NCBI RefSeq assembly: GCF_030144855.1
Contig: NC_082712.1
Location: 146,692,001-146,756,000, forward strand
Direction: 5' to 3'
Source of the DNA: Hypanus sabinus
Taxonomy: Eukaryota
DNA length: 64,000 bases
In this document: positions 63,765 to 64,000 of the stretch, piece after piece
Position numbering within the stretch: position 1 is the first letter of the stretch
How the letters are laid out: each line of letters starts with the position of its first letter
Program-made: the position numbers and the translations under genes
Notes under the pieces: generated by a model
Database searches by the model: none
What the model was told of the DNA's origin: nothing
The model's input: the letters and a program-made list of their open reading frames with translations, nothing else

Positions 63765-64000
63765 TGATTGTTTTGATGATGTGGCCAAGAAGATAGATAA
63801 GAGAATTGCAATAGATGTTGTCCACATTGACTTTATCAGGGTCTTTGACAAGGTACTGCATGTTGGGCTAGTCCAGAGCACGTGGGATTCAGGCCAGCTA
63901 GCCAATTGGATACTAAATTGGCTTGATGGTAGGGGAGGCTTTTGGTGGAGGGTAGTTTATCAGACAGCATACTGCAGGATTGTATGAGGTCTGTCCACTT
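63765..64000 (+). mobile_element. CR1 RT fragment (runs off the window)
   Basis: IDVVHIDFIRVFDKVLH...LANWILNWL (ORF 63781..63987). Confidence 0.8.

Overview
This is a repeat-rich, AT-rich vertebrate genomic window. The repeat repertoire (esterase-ORF1 CR1 LINEs, Poseidon-like Penelope elements, HE1/V-SINE, DeuSINE, Rex1/Babar) points to a cartilaginous fish, probably a ray; that assignment is inference. I recognise no intact host protein-coding gene, so the window reads as a long intron or gene desert. Every long ORF belongs to a decayed retroelement: a near full-length CR1 (~16.3-20.45 kb, +), a 5'-truncated GC-rich RLE-type non-LTR element of the HERO/NeSL group (~32.6-35.85 kb, -), and Penelope RT/GIY-YIG remnants. 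Non-autonomous Tigger/pogo, PIF/Harbinger, hAT and Tc1-type elements can be delimited by their TIRs and TSDs. The best leads are five. (1) Penelope termini carry minimal hammerhead ribozyme cores, and one palindrome has its apex exactly on hammerhead helix II. (2) An inverted, internally rearranged Penelope copy with a 14-bp TSD sits in the apex of an older palindrome. (3) The CR1 5' UTR has a double P3 homeodomain palindrome and a splice-donor cluster. (4) There is an unexplained 48-bp inverted repeat. (5) There is a candidate 68-nt host exon plus several CNE-like blocks. All family names come from motif recognition, not database searches, and boundaries of old fragments are approximate.
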